NCBI GenBank assembly: GCA_017428245.1
Contig: JAFRRF010000020.1
Coordinates: 6,421-70,420 of the forward strand
Direction: 5' to 3'
Length of the DNA stretch: 64,000 nucleotides
Source of the DNA: Bacteroidales bacterium
Lineage (GTDB): Bacteria > Bacteroidota > Bacteroidia > Bacteroidales > UBA932
Shown: in pieces, positions 48,518 to 56,808 of the stretch
Position numbering within the stretch: position 1 is the stretch's first letter
How the letters are laid out: each line of letters begins with the position of its first letter
Translations under genes and position numbers: made by a program
Notes under the pieces: model-generated
Databases searched by the model: none
The model's input: the letters and a program-made list of their open reading frames with translations, nothing else
Told to the model about the DNA's origin: nothing

Positions 48518-50467
48518 TCAGGCCTCCCCTTCTTCTTCGCGCAGCATCTTATTGGGATCGATACCGCCCTTGCGCGGACCGAAGATTTCTTCAAGGTCTT
48601 CCGAAAAGACCACTTCGCGTTCCAGCAGCAGTTTTGCCAGCCGCTCGAACCCTTCGCGGTTTTCGGTCAGCACCCGCGTAGCCGTGACGTGCGCCTGGTC
48701 AATGAGCCGCTTGACCTCTTCATCGATGAGTTCTGCCGTCTTTTCGCTGTACGGCTTGCTGAAAGCCATATCGCGGCTGCCGGTAGAATCATAATACGAA
48801 AGATTCCCTACCCGCTCGCTCATACCGAAATACGTGACCATAGCATAGGCCTGTTTGGTCAGTTTTTCCAGGTCGCTCAGCGCACCGGTGGAGATTCGGC
48901 CGTTCACCAGCTCCTCCGCCACACGCCCGCCAATGGTCGCCGCCATTTCGTCCATCATCTGCTCGGTTGTCGTAAGCTGCCGCTCTTCGGGCAGATACCA
49001 GGCCGCACCCAGACTCTGGCCGCGCGGGATGATGGTAACTTTCAGCAACGGGTTGGCATTGGGAAGCAGCCAACTGACCGTGGCGTGGCCCGCCTCGTGA
49101 TGGGCGATCGTTTTCTTCTCTTCGGGCGTGATGATCTTGCTCTTGCGTTCCAACCCGCCCACGATCCGGTCGATGGCATCGAGGAAATCCTGTTTTTCCA
49201 CGACTTCCTTGTTCTTGCGGGCCGCAATCAGAGCCGCCTCGTTGCAAACGTTGGCGATATCGGCACCGCTGAAACCCGGTGTCTGTTTGGCCAGAAAATC
49301 GATTTGGAATCCAGGGGCCAGTTTAATGCCGCGAAGATGCACCTTGAAGATATCGAGGCGTTCCTTGAGTTCGGGCAGGTCGACGTGGATCTGCCGGTCG
49401 AAACGGCCGGCACGCATCAAGGCCTTGTCGAGGATGTCGGCCCGGTTGGTGGCCGCCAGGATGATGACACCCGAATTGGAGCCGAAGCCGTCCATCTCGG
49501 TCAGCAATTGGTTGAGTGTGTTTTCCCGCTCATCGTTCGACGTGAAACCCGCATTCTTGCTGCGGGCCCGGCCCACTGCGTCGATCTCGTCGATAAAGAC
49601 GATGCAGGGTGCCTTCTCCTTGGCCTGACGGAAAAGATCGCGGACACGTGAAGCGCCTACGCCGACGAACATTTCCACGAAATCGGAACCCGACATCGAG
49701 AAGAACGGAACGTCCGCCTCACCGGCCACTGCCTTTGCCAGCAGGGTCTTGCCGGTACCCGGAGGGCCGACCAGCAGCGCTCCCTTGGGAATCTTGCCGC
49801 CCAGATTCGTATATTTCTTCGGATTCTTGAGGAAATCCACGATTTCCTTCACTTCCACCTTCGCCTCTTCCATACCGGCCACGTCCTTGAACGTGACTTT
49901 CACATTTCCCGCTTTTTCATAGAGTTTGGCCTGGGATTTCCCGACATTGAAGATGCCGCCGCCGGCTCCGCCGCCCATATTGCGCATCGGACGCATAAAG
50001 AGGAAGAACATGAACAGCAGCATCAGCGGAAACAGGATCCATTCGATGATCGGACCCCAATAGTTCCTGTGCTCCTCGACCACGACCTTGAACCGCTGAT
50101 CCGCCGGAAGAGACTCGACCAGCGTGTCGAGCTGGTTCTCGGCGTCAAATTTCTCGGATACCAGGAAATAGAAATGCGGGCCGGCCTTCGGTTCCCGGCC
50201 GCCGTACAGATTCTTGTACTTGTCCAATGATGCCTGTTTGAGATAAATCTCACCCTTATGCTCGTTGCGGACATACACCAGTTTCTCTACGTCACCGCTG
50301 GCAAGCAGGGTCTCTTTCACGTCGAGCCACTCCTTTTTGAGCGGATCGGATGTTCCCGTGGACGACCACATATAGGCCAGTCCCAGCAGCAGGAACAGAT
50401 AGACCAGCGAGAACCAGTTGAAACCACGGCGCTGCTGCCGCGGATTGCGCTGTTTGTTATTTTCCAT
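48518..50467 (-). CDS. ftsH: ATP-dependent zinc metalloprotease FtsH
   Basis: [29 protein letters not shown], and zinc site HEAGHA. Start placed at MENNKQRN (50467), overlapping the rsfS stop as TAATG. Confidence 0.95.
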   Translation of the reverse strand: MENNKQRNPRQQRRGFNWFSLVYLFLLLGLAYMWSSTGTSDPLKKEWLDVKETLLASGDVEKLVYVRNEHKGEIYLKQASLDKYKNLYGGREPKAGPHFYFLVSEKFDAENQLDTLVESLPADQRFKVVVEEHRNYWGPIIEWILFPLMLLFMFFLFMRPMRNMGGGAGGGIFNVGKSQAKLYEKAGNVKVTFKDVAGMEEAKVEVKEIVDFLKNPKKYTNLGGKIPKGALLVGPPGTGKTLLAKAVAGEADVPFFSMSGSDFVEMFVGVGASRVRDLFRQAKEKAPCIVFIDEIDAVGRARSKNAGFTSNDERENTLNQLLTEMDGFGSNSGVIILAATNRADILDKALMRAGRFDRQIHVDLPELKERLDIFKVHLRGIKLAPGFQIDFLAKQTPGFSGADIANVCNEAALIAARKNKEVVEKQDFLDAIDRIVGGLERKSKIITPEEKKTIAHHEAGHATVSWLLPNANPLLKVTIIPRGQSLGAAWYLPEERQLTTTEQMMDEMAATIGGRVAEELVNGRISTGALSDLEKLTKQAYAMVTYFGMSERVGNLSYYDSTGSRDMAFSKPYSEKTAELIDEEVKRLIDQAHVTATRVLTENREGFERLAKLLLEREVVFSEDLEEIFGPRKGGIDPNKMLREEEGEA

Positions 50468-50826
50468 TATGATTGATTGTCGGAGTAAGTGGTTTTGACG
50501 GCATCGGCCCACAGGTCTTCAAGACGGTAGAACATACGCTGGTCCGTCTTGAAGATATGGACGACGATATCGCTATAATCGAGGATAATCCAGAAAGCAT
50601 TCTCCCGTCCTTGCTTACGGAGCGGACTACGGTCGCAGTGTTTCTCCATCATTTCCTCCACATTGTCGGAAATGGCCACGACCTGCGTCGTCGAGTCGGC
50701 ATGGCAGATGACGAAGGCGTCTGCAATGGCCGTTCCTATTTTCGTCAGATCGAGGGAAACTACGTCCTGGGCTTTCTTTTCCAGCATCGCGTCGGCAATG
50801 ACGCGGATTTCATCGTTCATATTCAT
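50467..50826 (-). CDS. rsfS: Ribosome silencing factor RsfS (iojap)
   Basis: DVVSLDLTKIGTAIADAFVICHADSTTQVVAISDNV...WIILDYSDIVVHIF is typical of RsfS. Confidence 0.9.
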   Translation of the reverse strand: MNMNDEIRVIADAMLEKKAQDVVSLDLTKIGTAIADAFVICHADSTTQVVAISDNVEEMMEKHCDRSPLRKQGRENAFWIILDYSDIVVHIFKTDQRMFYRLEDLWADAVKTTYSDNQS

Positions 50827-50837
50827 TCAAAATCGAT

Positions 50838-50845
50838 TATCTTTG
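50838..50845 (+). promoter_or_regulatory. Candidate -7 box (TATCTTTG) for birA
   Basis: Matches TAnnTTTG. It forms an 8-bp perfect inverted repeat with the minus-strand box at 50860-50867. Confidence 0.45.
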
Positions 50846-50859
50846 CATAAATTATCTTA

Positions 50860-50867
50860 CAAAGATA
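50860..50867 (-). promoter_or_regulatory. Candidate -7 box (TATCTTTG) for rsfS-ftsH
   Basis: The reverse complement of caaagata matches TAnnTTTG, 34 nt upstream of the rsfS ATG at 50826. Confidence 0.45.
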
Positions 50868-50910
50868 TAATATTCTTACAAATTTCCAGCCATACGTCAG
50901 AACTGAAATT

Positions 50911-51675
50911 ATGGCAGATTTTATCCGATGGTTTGACACGGTTGACTCGACCAATACCCGCCTGATGGCAGACAAGGCCGATCTGGCCGACCGCAGCGTC
51001 TATGCCGCTATGTTCCAGACCGCCGGAAGGGGCCAGAAAGGAAACCGCTGGGAGAGCCGCTCCGGCGAAAACCTCACTTTTTCCATTCTCCTGAAACCCT
51101 CTTTCCTGCCGGCATCCGAGCAGTTCATCCTCTCTCAGGTCGTCGCTCTCGGGCTGACCGACTATCTGCTGGAGCAAGGTGTGGAGGCGACCATCAAATG
51201 GCCCAACGACATCTATGCCGGCGACCGGAAGATCTGCGGGACCCTGATCGAGAACACGCTTTCGGAAGGCCGGATCGCCGCCGCAGTGGCAGGCATAGGC
51301 CTGAACGTCAATCAGCGGGAATTCGACCCTTCCCTGCCCAATCCCACCTCGCTGTCCCTGCAGACCGGGCGGGAATACGACGTACGGGAGGAACTTCCCA
51401 AACTGCTGGCCTGCATCTTCCGCTATTACGAGCGGCTCGACTCGCCCTATGCCCGCAACGGATTCGACGCGATGTATCTGGAGAAACTCTACCGACGCGG
51501 TTGCTGGCATTCTTTCGAGGAGATGCCCGCCAGCGACATCCCGACCGAACACAGGTCGGGCCGCCGCATCGAAGCCCGGATTCTGGGCATTGACACGGAG
51601 GCCCGGCTGTTGCTGGAGCTCCGCGACGGAACGCTCCGGCACTACGGATTCAAGGAAATAAAATATCTCCTCTAG
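50911..51675 (+). CDS. birA: Biotin--[acetyl-CoA-carboxylase] ligase, group I (no N-terminal HTH)
   Basis: GRGQKGNRWESRSGENLTFS (GRGRxGRxW-type motif) and KWPNDIYAGDRKICGTLIE. At 254 aa it starts directly in the catalytic domain. Confidence 0.9.
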   Translation: MADFIRWFDTVDSTNTRLMADKADLADRSVYAAMFQTAGRGQKGNRWESRSGENLTFSILLKPSFLPASEQFILSQVVALGLTDYLLEQGVEATIKWPNDIYAGDRKICGTLIENTLSEGRIAAAVAGIGLNVNQREFDPSLPNPTSLSLQTGREYDVREELPKLLACIFRYYERLDSPYARNGFDAMYLEKLYRRGCWHSFEEMPASDIPTEHRSGRRIEARILGIDTEARLLLELRDGTLRHYGFKEIKYLL

Positions 51676-51682
51676 CATTTCA

Positions 51683-51886
51683 GCCGTTCCGTGACGTGGC
51701 TGCTCCTCATGGCTCGCGACAGGGGCGTCCTTCGCTCCAGTCCCTTGACGGCTAACTCCTCCCTCTTAGGCTCGCCTAAGGCAAGCCTAACGGTCGTCAA
51801 ACACACGCCGTCACTTTGACGGGACTTCCGCTTGTCCGCCTCTTTCCTGCCGCTCGCAAATCGTCGCATCCACGTTACGGAACGGC
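51683..51886 (+). repeat. Structured intergenic repeat, copy L
   Basis: The 168-nt core (51703-51870) is enclosed by a 17-bp closing stem, gccgttccgtgacgtgg (51683-51699) / ccacgttacggaacggc (51870-51886), with one G-T pair. The core matches the reverse complement of 54507-54673 with 17 substitutions and one 1-nt indel (hand alignment). Confidence 0.9.
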
Positions 51887-54496
51887 ATGTCCAGTATTCT
51901 TCCATATGAATATTTTCGTATTTTTGCAGGAAAGCACTACGAATTCTGTTCTGATCAAATGCTGTATGTTGTTCTCATACTGCTCTCTGTTGTCATCTGT
52001 TTTTGGGTGTCGATTCGGATTCGTGCAAAGAGAGAGGAAAGAATTCATCGCTTAGAGACCCTCATCCATATTCAGCCACTTGTTGAGGCAGCGCTTGACG
52101 AACTCATTTCTTTTTACAGTTATAGCCATTTCATCACTGAATCCGAGCGCATCGCCCTGAACGAGAAATATACCGACCTGTTCAAAGAAGTATCCTCCAT
52201 TATTTCTTGTAAGGAATTGGAAGAATCTCCGCATAAGGAAAGCATCCTTCGCTTCTATAATGCGATGTCCGACAGCCAGGGCCACAAAAAGGCCAACAAT
52301 GATCATTTTATTGAAAACCAACTGATTGTTTGCTCCCGGTATTTCGATACTGTGCTCTCATATCCACTTGATGGGCAACAACGGGAATCGGTTTTGTCTC
52401 TGGAAGATAATGTACTGGTCATCAGTAGTGCCGGAAGTGGCAAGACAATGACAACCGTCGGAAAGGTACGCTACCTGATTGATGTTCAAAAAGTCTCCCC
52501 AGAGAAGATCCTGCTGATAACCTTCACCCGAAAGGCAGCAGAGTCCCTGTCTGAACGCTTGGGAGAGAAGAAACTCAAATGCAACACCTTTCACAAACTT
52601 GCTTTGGATATCATCGGCGAAGCAACTGGGGAGAAGCCAAGCATAACCGGCAAAGACTTCTCTGTTCAAGTATATCACAAACTCTTCCAAGAAAACGATT
52701 CGTTCCGCCAGGCGGTTGCGGATTACATTATTCGAGCCCGCTACAAAATGAAGGATCAGTTCGAGTATACTTCGATGCAAAAATATATGCAGGACCGCAA
52801 AAAGCATGGCATTCCAGCATACTTCAAGGATATTGATGGTCATCCCGTTTTCTGCAAATCTGATGAAGAAAGCCAGATATGCGATTTCTTGGGTTCCCGA
52901 GGCATCAAGTTCCGATATGAAGAGAAATACGAGATACCCACAGTGGATTCCGATCATCGACAGTATTGCCCGGATTTCTCAATTTACATTGACAATCCAT
53001 CCGGCAAATCCAGACGTGTTTATCTTGAGCATTTCGCTGTCAATGAAAACGGCCATTGCCCAGCATTCTTCACTTCGGAAGATGAACATAAATACAAATC
53101 CGGTATCATCTGGAAACGCCAATTACATCAGCAGAATGGGACCACCTTGATTGAAACCACTAGTGCAGGATTCCACCGAGGTGATGTATTTCATGTCCTG
53201 ACCCAACAATTAAAGGACTTAGGAGTCGTCTTCAATGAATCTATAAACCAAAATCTTTCCCGGGAATTGGTCAGACAGGAAGAGAGTATCCTGAATATGC
53301 TGACATCCTTCAATTTCTTATTAAAATCTCGCGATAAAAGTATTGAATCAATCCGTCGGCAAGCATTCATGACTATAGACTGGTTCACAGTAAATGAACT
53401 CGTCACTCCGTTTATCGAAGCTTACCGAAAAATGGAAAAGGATAATAATCTCATCGATTTCACCGATGCTATCATCCGTGCTACTGAACTCTGCAACAAC
53501 GGATATCGCCCAGACTACGATTACATTCTTGTGGATGAGTTTCAGGACATCTCCCTGGACCGATATCATTTCCTTCAGTCACTTCGTCGTGAGAAACCGC
53601 TTACAAAACTCTTTTGCGTCGGTGACGACTGGCAGTCCATTTATCGCTTCGCCGGTAGTGATATGGCTCTTTTCAAGCACTTTGAGGACTACTTCGGCTA
53701 CACGAAGAAATGTCTGATGGAAACAACCTATCGTTTCGGGGAACCGGCGATAGAGCAGTCATCAAAATTCATCCTCGCCAATCCGGAACAGGCCGTTAAG
53801 AAAGTCCATCCCTTCCGGCATGAATCCGAAACCAAATTGGACTTCATACCTACACAAAGCCGGGATGATATAGTGAGAACCATCAAGAGACTGTCGGACC
53901 AGACTTCTCCAGATAAAGAAATTCTGCTGCTCGGCCGTTACTCATTCGATATCAACGTCTTCAAAAACACTGACATATCCATTCACGACGGAGCAGACTA
54001 TATATCATACGGACAACGGAAAATGCGTTACATGACTGTCCACCAATCCAAAGGTTTGGAGAGCGACTATGTCATCTTGATCAACTGCAATGGTGGAACG
54101 ATGGGCTTTCCGGCTGATATCTCGGACAGTCCTGTACTCAGATATGTTCTGACTGAACCGGATGCCTATGTATTCAGCGAAGAACGTCGTGTCTTCTATG
54201 TTGGAATAACCCGGGCAAAAAAACATACCTGGGTACTTTACGACCAAAACAATCCTTCGCCTTTCGTCAAGGAGTTTGTAGATATTGATGAAGAAGAAAA
54301 CGAAAACATCATCCCCGAATCAGAGCGCTGCCCGAAGTGTCACTGCGGCCGAATCATCGTGGCTAAAAGAGGAAAAGCCGTCAACGGTAATCCCTATTCT
54401 GTGCTGATCTGCTCCAATGAAAAGTACGGATGTGATTACAGGGAAACTGTGTTCGTGAACCTCAACAAACCCAGACAGTACCCAAAAAGAAAGTAA
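51887..54496 (+). CDS. Membrane-anchored SF1 UvrD/Rep/HelD-like helicase with an inserted PD-(D/E)xK-like module and a C-terminal topoisomerase-type zinc ribbon
   Basis: Walker A SSAGSGKTMT (52427-), Walker B ILVDEFQD, VGDDWQSIYRFAGS, TYRFG, MTVHQSKGLESDYVIL and VFYVGITRAKK. The insert contains QYCPDFSIY...RVYLEHF. C-terminus is CPKCHCGRIIV...LICSNEKYGCDY. An alternative start is at 51959. Confidence 0.85.
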   Translation: MSSILPYEYFRIFAGKHYEFCSDQMLYVVLILLSVVICFWVSIRIRAKREERIHRLETLIHIQPLVEAALDELISFYSYSHFITESERIALNEKYTDLFKEVSSIISCKELEESPHKESILRFYNAMSDSQGHKKANNDHFIENQLIVCSRYFDTVLSYPLDGQQRESVLSLEDNVLVISSAGSGKTMTTVGKVRYLIDVQKVSPEKILLITFTRKAAESLSERLGEKKLKCNTFHKLALDIIGEATGEKPSITGKDFSVQVYHKLFQENDSFRQAVADYIIRARYKMKDQFEYTSMQKYMQDRKKHGIPAYFKDIDGHPVFCKSDEESQICDFLGSRGIKFRYEEKYEIPTVDSDHRQYCPDFSIYIDNPSGKSRRVYLEHFAVNENGHCPAFFTSEDEHKYKSGIIWKRQLHQQNGTTLIETTSAGFHRGDVFHVLTQQLKDLGVVFNESINQNLSRELVRQEESILNMLTSFNFLLKSRDKSIESIRRQAFMTIDWFTVNELVTPFIEAYRKMEKDNNLIDFTDAIIRATELCNNGYRPDYDYILVDEFQDISLDRYHFLQSLRREKPLTKLFCVGDDWQSIYRFAGSDMALFKHFEDYFGYTKKCLMETTYRFGEPAIEQSSKFILANPEQAVKKVHPFRHESETKLDFIPTQSRDDIVRTIKRLSDQTSPDKEILLLGRYSFDINVFKNTDISIHDGADYISYGQRKMRYMTVHQSKGLESDYVILINCNGGTMGFPADISDSPVLRYVLTEPDAYVFSEERRVFYVGITRAKKHTWVLYDQNNPSPFVKEFVDIDEEENENIIPESERCPKCHCGRIIVAKRGKAVNGNPYSVLICSNEKYGCDYRETVFVNLNKPRQYPKRK
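51919..51926 (+). promoter_or_regulatory. Candidate -7 box (TATTTTTG) inside the listed 5' end of the helicase ORF
   Basis: Matches TAnnTTTG. If it is used, the helicase starts at the in-frame ATG at 51959 (MLYVVLILLSVVICFWV, a TM helix). Confidence 0.4.
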
Positions 54497-54687
54497 TCAA
54501 GGCAGGGATACGACGATTTGTGAACGGCAGGAAACAGGCGGACAAGCGGAAGCCCCGCCAAAGTAACGGCGTGTGTTTGACGACCGTTAGACTCGCTTTG
54601 GCGAGGCTAAAAGGGAGGAGTTAGCCGTATAGGGGCTGGAGCGAAGGACGCCCCTGCCGCGAACCATGAGGAGAATCCCTGCCTTGA
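54497..54687 (-). repeat. Structured intergenic repeat, copy R (inverted relative to L)
   Basis: The core (54507-54673) is enclosed by a 13-bp perfect closing stem, tcaaggcagggat (54497-54509) / atccctgccttga (54675-54687). It starts at the nucleotide after the helicase stop codon and lies 27 nt downstream of the rpe stop on the minus strand. Confidence 0.9.
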
Positions 54688-54713
54688 TTAGGCAGTAAAG
54701 GATAGACAGAACA

Positions 54714-55373
54714 CTATTTCGCTTCCATCAGAGCCTTGATGGCAGCTTTCGGATCGTCTGCGGAGAAAGTGGCGGAACCGGCCACGAAGACGCCGGCACC
54801 CAGCCGCTCAAGCTCCGCGATATTCGACACATTCACGCCGCCGTCCACCTGGATGAAGCAGTCGGCTTCGGCGCCGGCGATCATCTCGGCGAGCACACCC
54901 ACTTTCTCGGTAGTCTCGGGAATGTATTTCTGGCCGCTGTAGCCCGGATGTACGCCCATCACCACCACATAGTCGATGTCGCGCAGATAAGGAATCAGCA
55001 CCTCGGCCGGAGTCTCCGGATTCACAGCCACGCCGGCTCCCATCCCGAAATCGTGAATCATCTTGATGCACTCCTTCAAGTGACGGTCGTTACACGCCTC
55101 ATAATGAACGCTAAGATACTTTACACCGAGCGCAGCGAAGCGCTCGATATAACGACACGGCTCGATAATCATCAAGTGCGCGTCGAGCGGCTTTTTCGCC
55201 ACTTCGGCAATAGCCTTGCACACCGGGAAACCGAACGAAATGTTCGGAACGAAAACACCGTCCATCACATCGAGATGGAACCAACCCGCCGCACTCCGGT
55301 TCACGAGACGGCAGTCGCGATGCAAATTGCCGAAATCGGCGGAAAGCATCGAAGGAGCAATCACCCGGGGCAT
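54714..55373 (-). CDS. rpe: Ribulose-phosphate 3-epimerase
   Basis: IAPSMLSADFGNL, HLDVMDGVFVPNISFG and MGVHPGYSGQKYI. Start moved to MPRVIAPS (55373), not the listed 55526, which overlaps pepD. Confidence 0.92.
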   Translation of the reverse strand: MPRVIAPSMLSADFGNLHRDCRLVNRSAAGWFHLDVMDGVFVPNISFGFPVCKAIAEVAKKPLDAHLMIIEPCRYIERFAALGVKYLSVHYEACNDRHLKECIKMIHDFGMGAGVAVNPETPAEVLIPYLRDIDYVVVMGVHPGYSGQKYIPETTEKVGVLAEMIAGAEADCFIQVDGGVNVSNIAELERLGAGVFVAGSATFSADDPKAAIKALMEAK

Positions 55374-55375
55374 GG

Positions 55376-56806
55376 CTAGATGTTTTTGAGAACGTCGAGC
55401 AGGACAGCCCAGAAACGGTCGAGCGAGGCCAGGTCGAGCCGCTCGCCGGGCGCGTGGACGCCACGAAGCGTAGGTCCGAAGGCGATCATATCCATATCCG
55501 GGAATTTTTCCGTAAACAGGCCGCACTCCAGACCGGCATGGATGGCGCGGACAATCGGCTCACGGCCGAACAGACGCTTGTAAGACTCCACGCAGACATC
55601 TTTGATGTGGGAATTCATATTCGGCTTCCAGCCAGGATATCCATCTGAATGCTTGACCTTTGCACCAGCAAGCTCAAGTACCGCAGCAACACGTTCCGAC
55701 AGGAAGATGCGCTGGCTGTTGACCGAACTGCGCTGCATCGTTCCCACCAGGATCTTATGCCCTTTCGCCATCTTTACGGATGCCAGGTTCGTTGAAGTCT
55801 CGATCAGGCCCGGAATATCCGCACTCATGGCCTCGACACCGTGCGGGATGGAAATCAGGGCACGGATCAGACGGACGGCCGTACCGCGGTCGATCGCCCC
55901 ACCCTCCCATTCGATGGGTTCAGCCTGGAAATACAGGCCGGGATCGGTCACGGCATATTCCGCTTTCAGACGGGCGGCAAAGTCATTGAACACGGCAACG
56001 ACCTTTTCTTCGCGACGGGCGGGAATGGCTACCACCACCTCACCGCCACGTGCAATGGCGTTCCGCTTGTTTCCGGCGCCGATATGGCAGAGGTCGATGC
56101 GATAAGGCCAGATTTCGTTGAGGAAACGGGCAATCTGCTGGACAGCGTTGATACGTCCCTTGTCGATATCGTCTCCGCTGTGGCCGCCCTGGCCGCCACC
56201 GATGGTAAACTTCGTCACCACGAAGCCAGGCAGCAGTTTCCTGTCCCGATATGTGAATGTACCGACCGTATCCATGCCGCCGGCGCAGCCGACACAGAAA
56301 TAGCCCTCGTCTTCATCGTCGAGATTGATGAGCGTCTTTCCGGTGACGAATCCCTTCTTCACGGCGCGGGCGCCGTCCAGCCCCGTCTCTTCGGAAACGG
56401 TGAAAAGGCATTCGACACGCGGATGCTCGATCGTGTCGTCATCGAGCACAGCCATCGCCGCCGCCACACCGATGCCGTTATCGGCGCCAAGCGTCGTGTC
56501 ATGGGCGATCATCCATCCGTCCTCAATCACATATTGGATCGCATCCCGGGAAAAATCGAAACCCGAAGTGCTTTTTTTCTCGCACACCATATCGGTATGT
56601 CCCTGAAGCACGACGGTCGGACGGTTTTCATACCCTTTCGAGGCCGGCTTTGCGATCATCACGTTGCCGACCCTGTCGGTCTTGCATTCCAGGCCGCGGT
56701 CCGCGGCGAATTTCTGCAGATAGGCGATGATTTGTTCCTCATGCCCGGACTCCCGCGGGATACGGGTAATCTCGCGGAAGAAGTTCAAAACTCTGTCTGT
56801 ATTCAT
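55376..56806 (-). CDS. pepD: Aminoacyl-histidine (Xaa-His) dipeptidase, M20C
   Basis: FFREITRIPRESGHEEQI, VVLQGHTDMVCEK, GADNGIGVAAAMAVL and the overall length are typical of PepD. Confidence 0.85.
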   Translation of the reverse strand: MNTDRVLNFFREITRIPRESGHEEQIIAYLQKFAADRGLECKTDRVGNVMIAKPASKGYENRPTVVLQGHTDMVCEKKSTSGFDFSRDAIQYVIEDGWMIAHDTTLGADNGIGVAAAMAVLDDDTIEHPRVECLFTVSEETGLDGARAVKKGFVTGKTLINLDDEDEGYFCVGCAGGMDTVGTFTYRDRKLLPGFVVTKFTIGGGQGGHSGDDIDKGRINAVQQIARFLNEIWPYRIDLCHIGAGNKRNAIARGGEVVVAIPARREEKVVAVFNDFAARLKAEYAVTDPGLYFQAEPIEWEGGAIDRGTAVRLIRALISIPHGVEAMSADIPGLIETSTNLASVKMAKGHKILVGTMQRSSVNSQRIFLSERVAAVLELAGAKVKHSDGYPGWKPNMNSHIKDVCVESYKRLFGREPIVRAIHAGLECGLFTEKFPDMDMIAFGPTLRGVHAPGERLDLASLDRFWAVLLDVLKNI

Positions 56807-56808
56807 AT

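Noticed and set aside
51672-51905. A 77-aa minus-strand ORF across repeat copy L.
   Set aside because: It lies entirely within the structured repeat. The corresponding frame is not preserved in copy R. No start context or family resemblance is visible.
51683-54687. Interpretation as a classical IS element, composite transposon, integron cassette or prophage remnant.
   Set aside because: The interior has no transposase, integrase or recombinase ORF. No obvious target-site duplication flanks the repeats (ttcagccg... on the left versus ...ttaggcag on the right). The repeats are about 190-200 nt structured units, not short TIRs or attC-like sites. I kept it as an unexplained cassette instead.
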